IMG/VR virus record: IMGVR_UViG_3300043473_000199
Location: 1 to 46,611 of that record
Origin: a virus
Taxonomy: Duplodnaviria; Caudoviricetes
Direction: 5' to 3' (one strand)
Length of the DNA stretch: 46,611 nt
Every line of letters begins with the position of its first letter. The stretch's first letter is position 1. This document shows, piece by piece, positions 26,751-35,719 of the stretch. Position numbers and translations under genes: made by a program. The notes below the pieces were generated by a model that worked only from the letters and a program-made list of their open reading frames with translations, did no database searches and was not told where the DNA came from.

Positions 26751-27312
26751 AAAGCTGATCCCGGGTCCAGAAACGCGTTATGGGGCAGGCAGGGTTATCC
26801 CGTGCCCAGGTCACCCAGGCATTGGTCCAGCGGCCGTTGCCGGTGCTGCCCTCGATCCAGCGCGGGCGCCAGCAGGCGATGTCGATCTGGCTGGCGCTGT
26901 TCAGCCACGCCGACCGCTTGGCCGCGCCCAGGTGATCGAGCCGGATCAGGAGCGTCACGCCCAGCACCTTGCGTGCCCGCATCGCCTGCACGCCGGCCTC
27001 GATGAAGGCATCGAGCTGATTGTAGGGCGGGTTGGTGACGACCCAGGTGTTGGGGTCGATCTCCTCGGGCACGCCGGCCAGGAAGTCACGCTCATCGACG
27101 TTCCGGTCCAGCGGATACTTGTCGGACAGATACAGCGGGTGCGGCAGACCCGTCAGCAGCGTGCCCGCGCCGGCCGCCGGCTCCCATAACAGCCAATGAC
27201 TGGGCACCTTCTCCTTGATGATCCGGTGCAGCATCAGCCGCAGGCAGTATGGCGTCGGCCAGTAGTCGGCGCCGATGCGGTTGGGGGTGGGACGCAGTGC
27301 GGCGTCCTTCAT
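26743..27312 (-). CDS. Small amino-DNA methyltransferase (N6-adenine type)
   Basis: DYWPTP, SAM-binding WEPAAGAG and catalytic TNPPY motifs. Confidence 0.8.
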   Translation of the reverse strand: MKDAALRPTPNRIGADYWPTPYCLRLMLHRIIKEKVPSHWLLWEPAAGAGTLLTGLPHPLYLSDKYPLDRNVDERDFLAGVPEEIDPNTWVVTNPPYNQLDAFIEAGVQAMRARKVLGVTLLIRLDHLGAAKRSAWLNSASQIDIACWRPRWIEGSTGNGRWTNAWVTWARDNPACPITRFWTRDQLCE

Positions 27313-27689
27313 GCCTCCCTCCGCTTGCGCCCGCGCCTTGTGTTGCTGACGATGCGGTCCAGCTCCTTCTTGGCGTCATTGGCCGCGACGGAGGCATCGA
27401 CGGTGCCGTCTTCGTGCGCCGTCGCCAGGATCTTCAGCTCGCGCGACAGCCAAACCAGTCCACTGATCAGGTGGCCCCGGAACTCCGGGTCTTTGCGATC
27501 ATCGGAGTGCGACAGGCAGTAGGCGCGGCGGTAGCAAACGTCCTGGCAAACCAGGCTGAGCACGGTCAGTACCTCGGCCGGCATCAGATGCGGTCGGCTG
27601 AACATGCCTTCCGCCGCCTTCACGGCCACGTCCTGGGCGAAGTCCAGCAGCTGCTCCACCCGCTCGGGCGGGGTTTCATCTTCGCTCAT
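27309..27689 (-). CDS. Hypothetical protein
   Basis: 126 aa with ATGA couplings on both sides. Confidence 0.65.
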   Translation of the reverse strand: MSEDETPPERVEQLLDFAQDVAVKAAEGMFSRPHLMPAEVLTVLSLVCQDVCYRRAYCLSHSDDRKDPEFRGHLISGLVWLSRELKILATAHEDGTVDASVAANDAKKELDRIVSNTRRGRKRREA

Positions 27690-27901
27690 TGCCGGCTCCT
27701 TGACCCGGCCAGTCGGATAGGCGGCTCGCCAGGGCGGATGCTCCGGATGCGGATGTGGATGCCGGGCATGTCGAAGCCCATCTGCTTGCCTATATCCACC
27801 AGCGCGTCGGCCACATCGCCCAGGCTGGTGAGCACGCCCTGCCGCACCATCTGGTGCCGGACATAGCGTTCAATCGCGGCCTGCACTTCTGCTTTTGTCA
27901 T
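27686..27901 (-). CDS. Hypothetical protein
   Basis: 71 aa from MTKAEVQ, starting just after the upstream stop. Confidence 0.6.
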   Translation of the reverse strand: MTKAEVQAAIERYVRHQMVRQGVLTSLGDVADALVDIGKQMGFDMPGIHIRIRSIRPGEPPIRLAGSRSRQ

Positions 27902-27903
27902 GT

Positions 27904-28449
27904 TCACCCCCAAATGCCGGCGGCAGCCTTGCGCGCCGCGTCCTGTTGCCGCGCCTTGGCGCGAATTTTGTTCAGCGATTCCTCCTGCCTGCTGGTCAGC
28001 GGCCCACGCCACCGGGCTACCGATTCCAGGAACTCCTTCTCCCAGTCGGTCCAGCGGATGTCCTGGCGATCCAGCAGCTCGGTGATCTCTTCGCGCCCGG
28101 TGCGGTCGCGTGAGTGCGGGGGCGGTGGTGGCGGCGCCGCGGCCTCACGCTGCCGGTGCTTCAGCGCCGTGATCTCCTGGCGCAGGCTGGCGCGTTCCTG
28201 GATCAGGTCACGGACGTGGTTGTTGGCTGACAGCAGGTTGGCGCGCAGCGTGGCGATCTCGCGCGCCGTGCCGACGGCGTAGCCGTTGCCGTTGGCCTTG
28301 CCGTTCAGCAGCTCCTCCGGCCGGGCGCCATGCTTGGCCAGCAGCCGGGTCAGCAGCAGTGCCGCCGATGCCCGCTCGCCGTCGTGAGCCGATGCCAGCA
28401 TCCCCAAGATGCCCGTAATCTTGCGCTTGTCTGCTTCCGGTAAATTCAC
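27904..28449 (-). CDS. Conserved phage hypothetical protein
   Basis: GTGA-coupled start; LGMLASAHDGE and TDWEKEFLES..LTSRQ motifs around a coiled coil. Confidence 0.7.
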   Translation of the reverse strand: MNLPEADKRKITGILGMLASAHDGERASAALLLTRLLAKHGARPEELLNGKANGNGYAVGTAREIATLRANLLSANNHVRDLIQERASLRQEITALKHRQREAAAPPPPPPHSRDRTGREEITELLDRQDIRWTDWEKEFLESVARWRGPLTSRQEESLNKIRAKARQQDAARKAAAGIWG

Positions 28450-28667
28450 GGCACGCGGCGCCGGGAAGCGAGGAGCATGGCGGTGGCGACGGCGCGGTTG
28501 CGCCATGCCGCCAGCGTGTCGCCCAGTGCGTCGTCCTGCTTGGCGATGGCGATCCGCACCGCAGCACGCGCCAGCAGCGCGTCCGGTTGGTTCAGTATGG
28601 CCAGAAGCCAGGGTGGGGGTGTTTCCCCCTGCACGGTGAGATTATATTCGTCGGATCTGTCGATCAT
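28446..28667 (-). CDS. Hypothetical protein
   Basis: 73 aa with GGAG upstream. Confidence 0.55.
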   Translation of the reverse strand: MIDRSDEYNLTVQGETPPPWLLAILNQPDALLARAAVRIAIAKQDDALGDTLAAWRNRAVATAMLLASRRRVP

Positions 28668-28694
28668 CGGCTCGTCTCCGATTGTAGGCAGGGT

Positions 28695-28727
28695 GGCCCG
28701 TGTTGGTTCCCAAGACCAACACGGGCC
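28695..28727 (-). terminator. 13-bp hairpin after the SSB gene
   Basis: GGCCCGTGTTGGT-N7-ACCAACACGGGCC. Confidence 0.55.
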
Positions 28728-28733
28728 GACACA

Positions 28734-29381
28734 CTACCAGGGGTTGGCGCCAGCTCCACCACTGGCGTTGCCGTTGGCGGCAGCAGCCTCGGCGGCGGCG
28801 GCGTTAGCTGCCTGTGCCGCGGCTGCTGCATCGGCGTCCACGCCCGCCATGAAGGCGTCAGTGGAATCCCTGGTCGCGCCCCCGATGCGGGTGCCCGGCG
28901 CCACCAGCAGCACGCCGTTCAGCGCCACGCCGATGCCCCTTTTCATGCTCTTCTTGTATGCGAAAATCCCGAGATTGAGCTGGACCTGGCAGCCGGCATA
29001 CAGCTCCGACTTGTCCATGAGCGCCTGGGGCCGCTGCCCCACGCCAACCCATTTCAGCAGCTGCGGCGGCCCCGAGCTTTCGTCGCGGTAGCAGTTGATG
29101 AAAAACTTGCCGGCGTAGACCGGATCGCCCGCCTTGCCGGGCTCGTCGCCGGAGCGGATGGGCGAGGACAGCTGCTGGGTCTTCAGCATGTCGAGCGCCG
29201 TGGGGCCGAACTCGGCGCGGGCGATCTCCAGGATCACCTCGCGCAGCGGGGCGATCTTCGCCGGGTCCAGGATCAGCGAGCAGCTGAACTTGGCCGGCTG
29301 GTTGGGATCGATCTTCTTGGGCCGATCCAGGTGTGGGTAAGACAACACGCCCAACGGCGTGACAAATTCACGCGAAGCCAT
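28734..29381 (-). CDS. Single-stranded DNA-binding protein (DUF2815, gp2.5-like)
   Basis: LSYPHL, KFSCSLIL, IRSGD, YAGC and GIGVALNGV motifs; aromatic C-terminus; GGAGG RBS. Confidence 0.85.
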   Translation of the reverse strand: MASREFVTPLGVLSYPHLDRPKKIDPNQPAKFSCSLILDPAKIAPLREVILEIARAEFGPTALDMLKTQQLSSPIRSGDEPGKAGDPVYAGKFFINCYRDESSGPPQLLKWVGVGQRPQALMDKSELYAGCQVQLNLGIFAYKKSMKRGIGVALNGVLLVAPGTRIGGATRDSTDAFMAGVDADAAAAAQAANAAAAEAAAANGNASGGAGANPW

Positions 29382-29382
29382 A

Positions 29383-30600
29383 TCAAGCCTCCTCGGTTTC
29401 AAAGGTGGATGGTGGGAACATTCCCTCGGCCAGCGAGATCGCCGGACGTTTGTCGCCAACGGGTGCCAGGACCACGTTGGGGTTGGAGCGGGTCACCAAG
29501 GGCACCAGCGTGTCGCGCCGGGATTTGGTGATCAGCTTCTCGACCTGGGTTGGGCTACGGAGTTTCGTGTCCGTAATCTCGTCCAGGTTCAGCCCGAGCT
29601 GGATGAGCCGGGCTACCGTCTCAGGCTCGGCATTGGCCCACACCCGGCGCGTCTGGCTGTGGACCAGCTTGAAGCCGGGCACGTCACCGCCGCCGGCAAG
29701 GCGCTGGATAGCGAGCTGCTCAACCCGCTCCAGCCACAGCTGCACCAGACCCGCACGGTTCAGTATCCGCGCCATGTCTTCGACGCTCAGCCCCTCCGGA
29801 TCGGGCAGCTCCGGCGGGTTGTCCACGAAGGCTTGCGCCACCGTGGTTTCGGCATGCGCCTTCAGTGCCGGGCACTCGGCCGCCGCCGGGCACCAGCGGC
29901 ATTGTTTCTCGCCCGGCACCAGCGGGGCGTCGGGCGTCAGCGCCAGCCGCACCGCGCCCAGCAAGTCTTCCGCCCAGTCGAGCAGCTCCATCAAGGTGAG
30001 CTCCTCGCTGGTCACCGCCGGCCCTTCCGGTAGCCGCGGCTGCACGATCTCCATCCGGACGCGTTTGACGTGTTGGCGCATGTCGGGCTCCAAAGCCAAC
30101 ACGGCGCCAAGGGCGTAGTAACGGATCTGCGGGTTGTTCCTGGCGCTGACGCGAACGCCCACGCCGAACTTCCAGTCCACGACGACCAGCAGCTCCTCGC
30201 CCGGCCTGATCACTGCGAGGTCACAGGTGCCCCACATCGGCGCCGCGGGTTCCAGTGCAGCTAACGAAACGCGTTGCTCGATGGCCTTGTAGGCACTGCC
30301 ATCCAGCAGCCGGCGCCCGTGCTCGACCGCATACTGGAGCGCCTCGATCAGGTCCGGCGTGAGCTGGACCTCCTCGATGCGATCCCCGTCTTCGACCTCC
30401 TTGATGTAGTTGGTCATGCCGGTCGGCTCCATCCAAGGAATCGACAGGCACTGGGCGACGACGGCATGGCACGCAGTACCCACCAAGGCATCCCGGGAGG
30501 AACGCCCAGGCGGCGCGCTCCTGGTTAGGCGATAGGAACCAGGACAGGCCATGTAGCGCGGCGCTGCACTGGCGCCGAAGGCTGTGTGCGCTTCTGCCAT
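29383..30600 (-). CDS. PD-(D/E)XK Cas4-like exonuclease (DUF2800-like)
   Basis: H..FGAS..RYMACPGS, WGTCD, VDWKFG, NPQ..Y and CRWCP...C motifs. Confidence 0.88.
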   Translation of the reverse strand: MAEAHTAFGASAAPRYMACPGSYRLTRSAPPGRSSRDALVGTACHAVVAQCLSIPWMEPTGMTNYIKEVEDGDRIEEVQLTPDLIEALQYAVEHGRRLLDGSAYKAIEQRVSLAALEPAAPMWGTCDLAVIRPGEELLVVVDWKFGVGVRVSARNNPQIRYYALGAVLALEPDMRQHVKRVRMEIVQPRLPEGPAVTSEELTLMELLDWAEDLLGAVRLALTPDAPLVPGEKQCRWCPAAAECPALKAHAETTVAQAFVDNPPELPDPEGLSVEDMARILNRAGLVQLWLERVEQLAIQRLAGGGDVPGFKLVHSQTRRVWANAEPETVARLIQLGLNLDEITDTKLRSPTQVEKLITKSRRDTLVPLVTRSNPNVVLAPVGDKRPAISLAEGMFPPSTFETEEA

Positions 30601-31124
30601 TACACCGGCTTCCCGCCGTTCTCGGCATTCAGCTTCGCCAGCAGCTCGGGCCAGCGTACCTGCTCCAGCTCACTGAGCCGGGTGACGCCGAATGACTGGA
30701 TCGTCTTCCGGGTCGCCGCCACGCCATGTATCTTGGCGAACGCGTTGAGCTTGTCCGTCATGTCATCCACGGTCAGCGGTGCGTCCGCCGGCTCGGGCTG
30801 AGGATTCCAGTCTTCCGGTGCCGCCGACGCGGTGTCCGCCGTCTCGGCTCCAGGCTCGACGGGCGGCGTCGGCTCCGGGTTAAGCTCGGTTTCGTCGGCG
30901 TCGTTGGCCGGCGGTGCCGGCTCCGCGGCCTTGCGGCTGGCACGGCGGGTGGCCTTGGGGGCGTCGCCGTTCACCGGTGCCGGCTCCGGCGTCGGCTCCG
31001 GCTCGGTCGCAAGGACCGAGAACACGGCACCGGTTTCGAGCAGGGTTTTCACCCCCTCCAAAACCTGCCGGTAGTTCACGGGCGTCACGTTGATGGACAG
31101 GCTCAGCTGGGCAAGTGTCGTCAT
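30600..31124 (-). CDS. Hypothetical protein with Pro/Glu linker and C-terminal helical domain
   Basis: AAGGAG RBS; ATGA and TAATG couplings. Confidence 0.75.
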   Translation of the reverse strand: MTTLAQLSLSINVTPVNYRQVLEGVKTLLETGAVFSVLATEPEPTPEPAPVNGDAPKATRRASRKAAEPAPPANDADETELNPEPTPPVEPGAETADTASAAPEDWNPQPEPADAPLTVDDMTDKLNAFAKIHGVAATRKTIQSFGVTRLSELEQVRWPELLAKLNAENGGKPV

Positions 31125-32476
31125 GGATTAGCTCCTTCTGTTTCGAAATCCCGGATAAGGCGGGTCTTCCGGGCAAGCGTGGCGGCCAGCGCCTCATCGA
31201 GGGGATGGTCCGCAACCAGGAACGTCGCGAATACGCTACGTTTCTGTCCGATCCGGCGGGCGCGCATCATCGCCTGCCGGTTCAGCTCGGGGGTCCAGTC
31301 GGCTTCAAGGAAGCGGACGTGGTGGGCGGCGGTCAGCGTGATCGCCGTGCCCGCCGCCTGGATGTTGCCGATGAAGACGCGGCAACTGGAATCGTTCTGG
31401 AACCTGTCCACCGCGGTCTGCACCAGTGCCGGCGTCATGCCGCCCTGCACCAGCACCGGCCAAAAGCCATTACCCTCCAGCGCCTTGTGTAGCCGCTGCA
31501 ACGCCTCCCGATGGTGGCCGAACAGGATGATCTTATCGACGCCGGTGCTCCGCAGCTCCTCGGTCAGCAGCTCGACCGTACCTGGCACCTTCGACAGCGC
31601 CAGCAGCCGGCGTGCCCGGGCGACGTGCTCATTGACCCGCAGCGCGGCATCGTCGTCAGCGGCGGCGAGAAAGCCGAGCAGCTCGGGTACTTCCCGCATC
31701 AGCTCGTTCAGCCTTTCCATCGCGATACCGGTGATCGGTATCGCCGCCGTGCCGACCAGCAGGAGCGGCAGCTGCGGCATCACGTCGTCGGCCCGGCGGC
31801 GAAGGATAAACTCCTCGGTCGCCGCCTTCAGCTCGGCTGTGTTCCGGCTGCCGGTGACGCGCCAGCCATACATGCTCGCGAATCCCTCGGTATACCGGTC
31901 CATCCACTGGTTGTAGGTCAGCGGCCAGCCGGGTCCGCCATGGGTCCAGAGCGCGCTTGCGTGGGGCCAAAACTCATGCAGCCCGGCCAGGATCGGGCTA
32001 CCCGACAAGCACCACACGCGCTTGGCGGCGGCGACGATACTGCCCGTTTCACTCAGGCACCGCTGCCCGTAGACCGCCCGGGTGCGCCTTGCGCTGGGGT
32101 TCTTCAACAGGTGGGCTTCATCGAGGATCAACAGATCCCAGCTGTGCGCGGCCAGTGCCTCCGCGGCCAGCCGTGCCGCGTCATAACTGATGATCAGCAC
32201 GCCCGGCTCCTTCAGCCCGGCGGCGACCTGTTCAGCGGTCAGGGCGACGGTGATCTCGCGTCCCAACGTCTGCCACTGCCGGAACTCCCGCCCCCAGTTC
32301 ACCCGGGCGATGGCGGGCACGATCACCAGGATACGCATGGCCATGATCCGGTCGGCCGCGACGATGGCGGTCGCGGTTTTACCTAAGCCCGGATCATGAG
32401 CCAGGAACGCCCGCTGGCGCTGGGCCAGAAAGTCAACGCCTTCCACCTGATGTGAGAAGAGTTGTGGGCGGCTCAT
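31121..32476 (-). CDS. SNF2-family helicase
   Basis: HQ motif, [22 protein letters not shown] and [11 protein letters not shown]. Confidence 0.92.
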   Translation of the reverse strand: MSRPQLFSHQVEGVDFLAQRQRAFLAHDPGLGKTATAIVAADRIMAMRILVIVPAIARVNWGREFRQWQTLGREITVALTAEQVAAGLKEPGVLIISYDAARLAAEALAAHSWDLLILDEAHLLKNPSARRTRAVYGQRCLSETGSIVAAAKRVWCLSGSPILAGLHEFWPHASALWTHGGPGWPLTYNQWMDRYTEGFASMYGWRVTGSRNTAELKAATEEFILRRRADDVMPQLPLLLVGTAAIPITGIAMERLNELMREVPELLGFLAAADDDAALRVNEHVARARRLLALSKVPGTVELLTEELRSTGVDKIILFGHHREALQRLHKALEGNGFWPVLVQGGMTPALVQTAVDRFQNDSSCRVFIGNIQAAGTAITLTAAHHVRFLEADWTPELNRQAMMRARRIGQKRSVFATFLVADHPLDEALAATLARKTRLIRDFETEGANP

Positions 32477-32970
32477 GCGGCGGTGCCCGGCTTGCGCCGG
32501 TTTCGGGACTGTTCTAGCCGCGTCGCCCAACGGCAATTATCCGGGCAATAATGCCCGTCGTTATCGATTCTATCGAGCGTGAGTTTACCCGGCCGCCGGC
32601 CCATATCCGCCAGGAAATTCTCAAAGAAGAACCAATCGGCGCACACCCGGATGCCGCGGCCTCCGTAGTAGCGATACGCCCAATTGCGCGAGTTGAAGCA
32701 CCGCTTCAACATCCCCGCCCAAATCTGGTACTCGGTTGCCATCGCCCCGCGAGGCGAGAACCCGTGCCGAAAATTCCGCGCCTGACGCTTCTCGGCGTCG
32801 AGGCAGCCACAGCTTTTTGTGCGATTGCTGGTCAAACCGCTGGTGACGACCTCATGCCTACCGCCACAATCGCAGGCGCAGAGCCAGATAGACTGCCCGT
32901 GCCGGTTCTGACGAAGGCGCGTTTCCACGCGCAACCGGGTGAACCGAGCACCCGGATAAACAACAGCCAT
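32473..32970 (-). CDS. Free-standing HNH homing endonuclease
   Basis: [22 protein letters not shown] and [16 protein letters not shown] motifs. Confidence 0.85.
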   Translation of the reverse strand: MAVVYPGARFTRLRVETRLRQNRHGQSIWLCACDCGGRHEVVTSGLTSNRTKSCGCLDAEKRQARNFRHGFSPRGAMATEYQIWAGMLKRCFNSRNWAYRYYGGRGIRVCADWFFFENFLADMGRRPGKLTLDRIDNDGHYCPDNCRWATRLEQSRNRRKPGTAA

Positions 32971-32997
32971 ATCCCCTCCAAACCCTACACGCAGCGG

Positions 32998-33498
32998 CTA
33001 CCAGGCCGCTGTGTCTGCCTCGGCCTTGCGGCCCCCTTTGTTCGCCCACCAGAACGCCATCAGCAGCGCGTCGGCGCGGCCGATGTCCTTCTTCCGGTCC
33101 AGCAATCCCCTTGCCCGCGGCAACAGCTCCAGTGCCCGGCCACGCGGGTCGGCCACGCTGAGCACGCCCGTGGCGCGCTGCCACACCTGTGGCGTCACCC
33201 GCTCCAGGCTGATGCCACAGGCGTGGATCACCCCTTCCACCGTGCCTAGCGCCCGACCAAAACTGAACACGCTGACCACGCCCTGCTTGGGCCGGCTGGC
33301 CACCTGTTCCACGACGCAGACATTGGCGTATCGGGCACGCATCCAGCGCGCGACTTCCGCCCCATCCACGATCCGCTTGCCGGGCAGCGCGATGGTCGGC
33401 ATGTCCAGCACATCCAACCGGGACACCGTGTTGGGGCCGACCAGCTGGAGATAGGCCAGTGCGCCATCCAGCCCGGGATCGATGGCGACGATGTTCAC
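32998..33498 (-). CDS. RuvC-like Holliday junction resolvase
   Basis: AIDPGLDGA, VVE, FSFG, VTPQVW and RADALL motifs; GTGA-coupled start. Confidence 0.85.
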   Translation of the reverse strand: MNIVAIDPGLDGALAYLQLVGPNTVSRLDVLDMPTIALPGKRIVDGAEVARWMRARYANVCVVEQVASRPKQGVVSVFSFGRALGTVEGVIHACGISLERVTPQVWQRATGVLSVADPRGRALELLPRARGLLDRKKDIGRADALLMAFWWANKGGRKAEADTAAW

Positions 33499-33761
33499 CA
33501 CTCGGTCGGCCCGGCCACGACTTCCGCGTCCACGGTCTGGTTGATCATGTCGAGCAGATTTATCGGCTTGCCGAGCCGCTCGCCCAGCTGAAGCAGGGCG
33601 ACGAGTCCCTCCTGGGAAACGCGGTCCCGCGCCAGCCATTTCCGGACCTGGAAATAGCCGATCTTGATGTCGTTTTTCACAGCCAATTCATGCAGATCGG
33701 TGACGGTGCCGAAGTGGCTTATGAGCGCGCGGCCGGAGAGGTGTGGATTCATGTGGGCCAT
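33495..33761 (-). CDS. Cro-like HTH regulator
   Basis: LISHFGT..L..VRKWLARDRVS; first gene divergent from the repressor. Confidence 0.65.
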   Translation of the reverse strand: MAHMNPHLSGRALISHFGTVTDLHELAVKNDIKIGYFQVRKWLARDRVSQEGLVALLQLGERLGKPINLLDMINQTVDAEVVAGPTEW

Positions 33762-33885
33762 TGTCGGGCCGTCCGCCCAACATGACAAGTGCGAAATTGT
33801 GGCAAACACACTATTGGACAAACTGTCTTACAGAGTGTATCGCGCAACGCACTATCCCGTGTTGAACCCCAAGGAGTACGGCAAG
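33762..33885. promoter_or_regulatory. Lysis-lysogeny switch region with divergent promoters and operators
   Basis: AT-richer gap between divergent HTH genes; GACA-aac-TGTC palindrome at 33817-33827. Confidence 0.65.
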
Positions 33886-34329
33886 ATGGCTAGCAAATAC
33901 CGCCGTCGGTTGGCGAAAGTAACCGGAGATACACCTAGTGATGAGCTGGTGAAAAAGGATTTCGCCAGCAACCTGGATGAGATCATGCGCGCGCAGGGGA
34001 TGAACAAATCCGACCTAGCACGAAAGATGTGGGGCGACACCATCGATAAGAGTGGCCGACGGGGTGCGGCGCACCGAGATCGGATTACAGCCTGGACAGC
34101 CGGGTCAATACCCGACCCTACAAACATGAAACTGTTGGCCGACACGCTTGGCGTCAGCCTGGAGGAGCTATCGGCGCCACTGGTGGCGCGGATGGTGGAT
34201 AGAGAACGGCACTCACTCCAGATGATCCAGGCGGCCGGACATCCTGACAAAGTGCATCTTAGAGTGGACAAGCTGGTCAACGTGCATATCGCCGTCCAGG
34301 TGCTGGCGCTTCTTGTCAAAGATGACTGA
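33886..34329 (+). CDS. XRE-family repressor (CI-like, no peptidase domain)
   Basis: FASNLDEIMRAQGMNKSDLARKM..ITAW..IPD..LLADTLGVSLEEL; AAGGAG RBS. Confidence 0.82.
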   Translation: MASKYRRRLAKVTGDTPSDELVKKDFASNLDEIMRAQGMNKSDLARKMWGDTIDKSGRRGAAHRDRITAWTAGSIPDPTNMKLLADTLGVSLEELSAPLVARMVDRERHSLQMIQAAGHPDKVHLRVDKLVNVHIAVQVLALLVKDD

Positions 34330-34630
34330 CGAGCTGCTCACCGACCGGCAGGCCGGGGAACTGCTGCACCGCTCCCCGGGCTACATCGCGCGACTGAGGC
34401 GGACTGGCCAGCTGCCCTTCCTACCCGGGCGCCCTGCCACCATCCGCCGTGCCGACCTGGAAAATTGGATCAGGAGAAACCTATGCCGCGTCACGCCGCT
34501 CCTCCGAAACTCATACGGGGAGCCGATGGATACTGGGAAATCCGCTGGTCCGAGCGAGGCCGCAGCCGCCGCGTTTCGACGCGGACGCGCGATATGGGAC
34601 TCGCGCAGCAGGCGCTCGCGGGGTTCCTGA
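34322..34630 (+). CDS. xis: Excisionase-like MerR/HTH protein
   Basis: LLTDRQAGELL..LRRTGQLP..IRRADLENWI immediately before the integrase. Confidence 0.75.
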   Translation: MTDELLTDRQAGELLHRSPGYIARLRRTGQLPFLPGRPATIRRADLENWIRRNLCRVTPLLRNSYGEPMDTGKSAGPSEAAAAAFRRGRAIWDSRSRRSRGS

Positions 34631-35496
34631 CCGGCCAGCGCGAAGACTCCGGCACCGCTCCCCTCACTGTGGCCGCGGCGATCCGCGCCTATGAGAAGAC
34701 GCGGGAGAACCTGCCCACGGCCCACACCCGCACCGCGATCTGGCGCCGGCTGGAGGCTCATCTCGGGCGCCACATGGCCAGCGAACTCGACAACACGCTC
34801 GTCCAGCGTGACTTCATCAAGCCGCGGCTGAAGGACGCGCACCCCGGCACCGTCCGCAAGGAGGCGTGCTTCCTGCTCGCCGTGCTCCGGCTCGCCCACG
34901 ACAACGGGCACCTGGACCGCGTGCCCAAATTCCAGCTGCCGCCCGTGTCGCCGCCCCGGGAGCGGTGGTTGACGCCGACTGAGCTTGACCGGCTGGAGGC
35001 GGCGGCACCGGATTTCCGCACCCGGCTGTTCATCGCCATCGCCCGCTACACCGGCGCCCGCATGGCGGCGATCCAGGAGCTCACCTGGGCACGCGTGGAC
35101 CTGGAGCAGAAGGTGATCGACTTTGGCGCCGGCCTGGGAAAGAAGCGGCGCGCCCGCGGCGTGCCCATCGCGGCCCAGCTGCTGTTGCTGCTGAAGGAAG
35201 CCAAGCTCCGCGCCGGCGGCGAGAAGCTGGTGATCGGCCCCGTCTCCGTCCGCCGTGGCTTCCTGGCCGCGGCTGCGCGGGCCGGGCTGGAGGGGGTGTA
35301 TCCGCACGTATTGCGCCACTCCCTGGCCTCCAACGCCGCCCAGCGTGGCGTGGCCCTGCACTTGGTCGCCCAGGTGCTGGGGAACACCGTCGCGGTGGTC
35401 GAAAAGACGTATGCGAAATACCGGCCGGAGGCGTTGTCGGCCGTTGTAGAAAACGAGCCAAAAGCGAACGAGAGCCGGGCATTTAGCGGGGCATAA
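34483..35496 (+). CDS. int: Tyrosine integrase
   Basis: N-terminal arm-binding segment, TGAR, HVLRHS, LGNT and KTY catalytic motifs; AGGAGA RBS before ATG 34483. Confidence 0.93.
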   Translation: MPRHAAPPKLIRGADGYWEIRWSERGRSRRVSTRTRDMGLAQQALAGFLTGQREDSGTAPLTVAAAIRAYEKTRENLPTAHTRTAIWRRLEAHLGRHMASELDNTLVQRDFIKPRLKDAHPGTVRKEACFLLAVLRLAHDNGHLDRVPKFQLPPVSPPRERWLTPTELDRLEAAAPDFRTRLFIAIARYTGARMAAIQELTWARVDLEQKVIDFGAGLGKKRRARGVPIAAQLLLLLKEAKLRAGGEKLVIGPVSVRRGFLAAAARAGLEGVYPHVLRHSLASNAAQRGVALHLVAQVLGNTVAVVEKTYAKYRPEALSAVVENEPKANESRAFSGA

Positions 35497-35719
35497 TGCC
35501 CGAATCGGGCACTACAAAGTTGGGCATACACGGCCTACAACACGGTGCCAGCGGCAGAAAACGGCCTTGGTCCTGTATGCCAAACACGCGAAAATTAGTA
35601 CACATCGGACTGTGGTCGAAGGGCGCTGCTACTCGGACAGGCCAGGAGTTCCCTGGCCTGTAGCGCGTATTGTGCCCCGCTCTACAGCCCGATCCGGGCA
35701 TATAGCCGGGCGTATTCAA
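35485..35719. other. Probable attP with iterated arm-type sites and a convergent terminator
   Basis: Noncoding gap after int; inverted repeat 35496-35510 / 35687-35701 with one mismatch; GGGCAY iterations; hairpin 35637-35661. Confidence 0.6.

Noticed and set aside
29383-30600. CRISPR-Cas system suggested by the Cas4-like nuclease
   Set aside because: No repeat-spacer array or other cas genes; the context is the usual phage replication module.
35540-35640. tRNA gene or tRNA fragment in attP
   Set aside because: No cloverleaf or clear T-loop GTTCRA motif could be built by eye on either strand.
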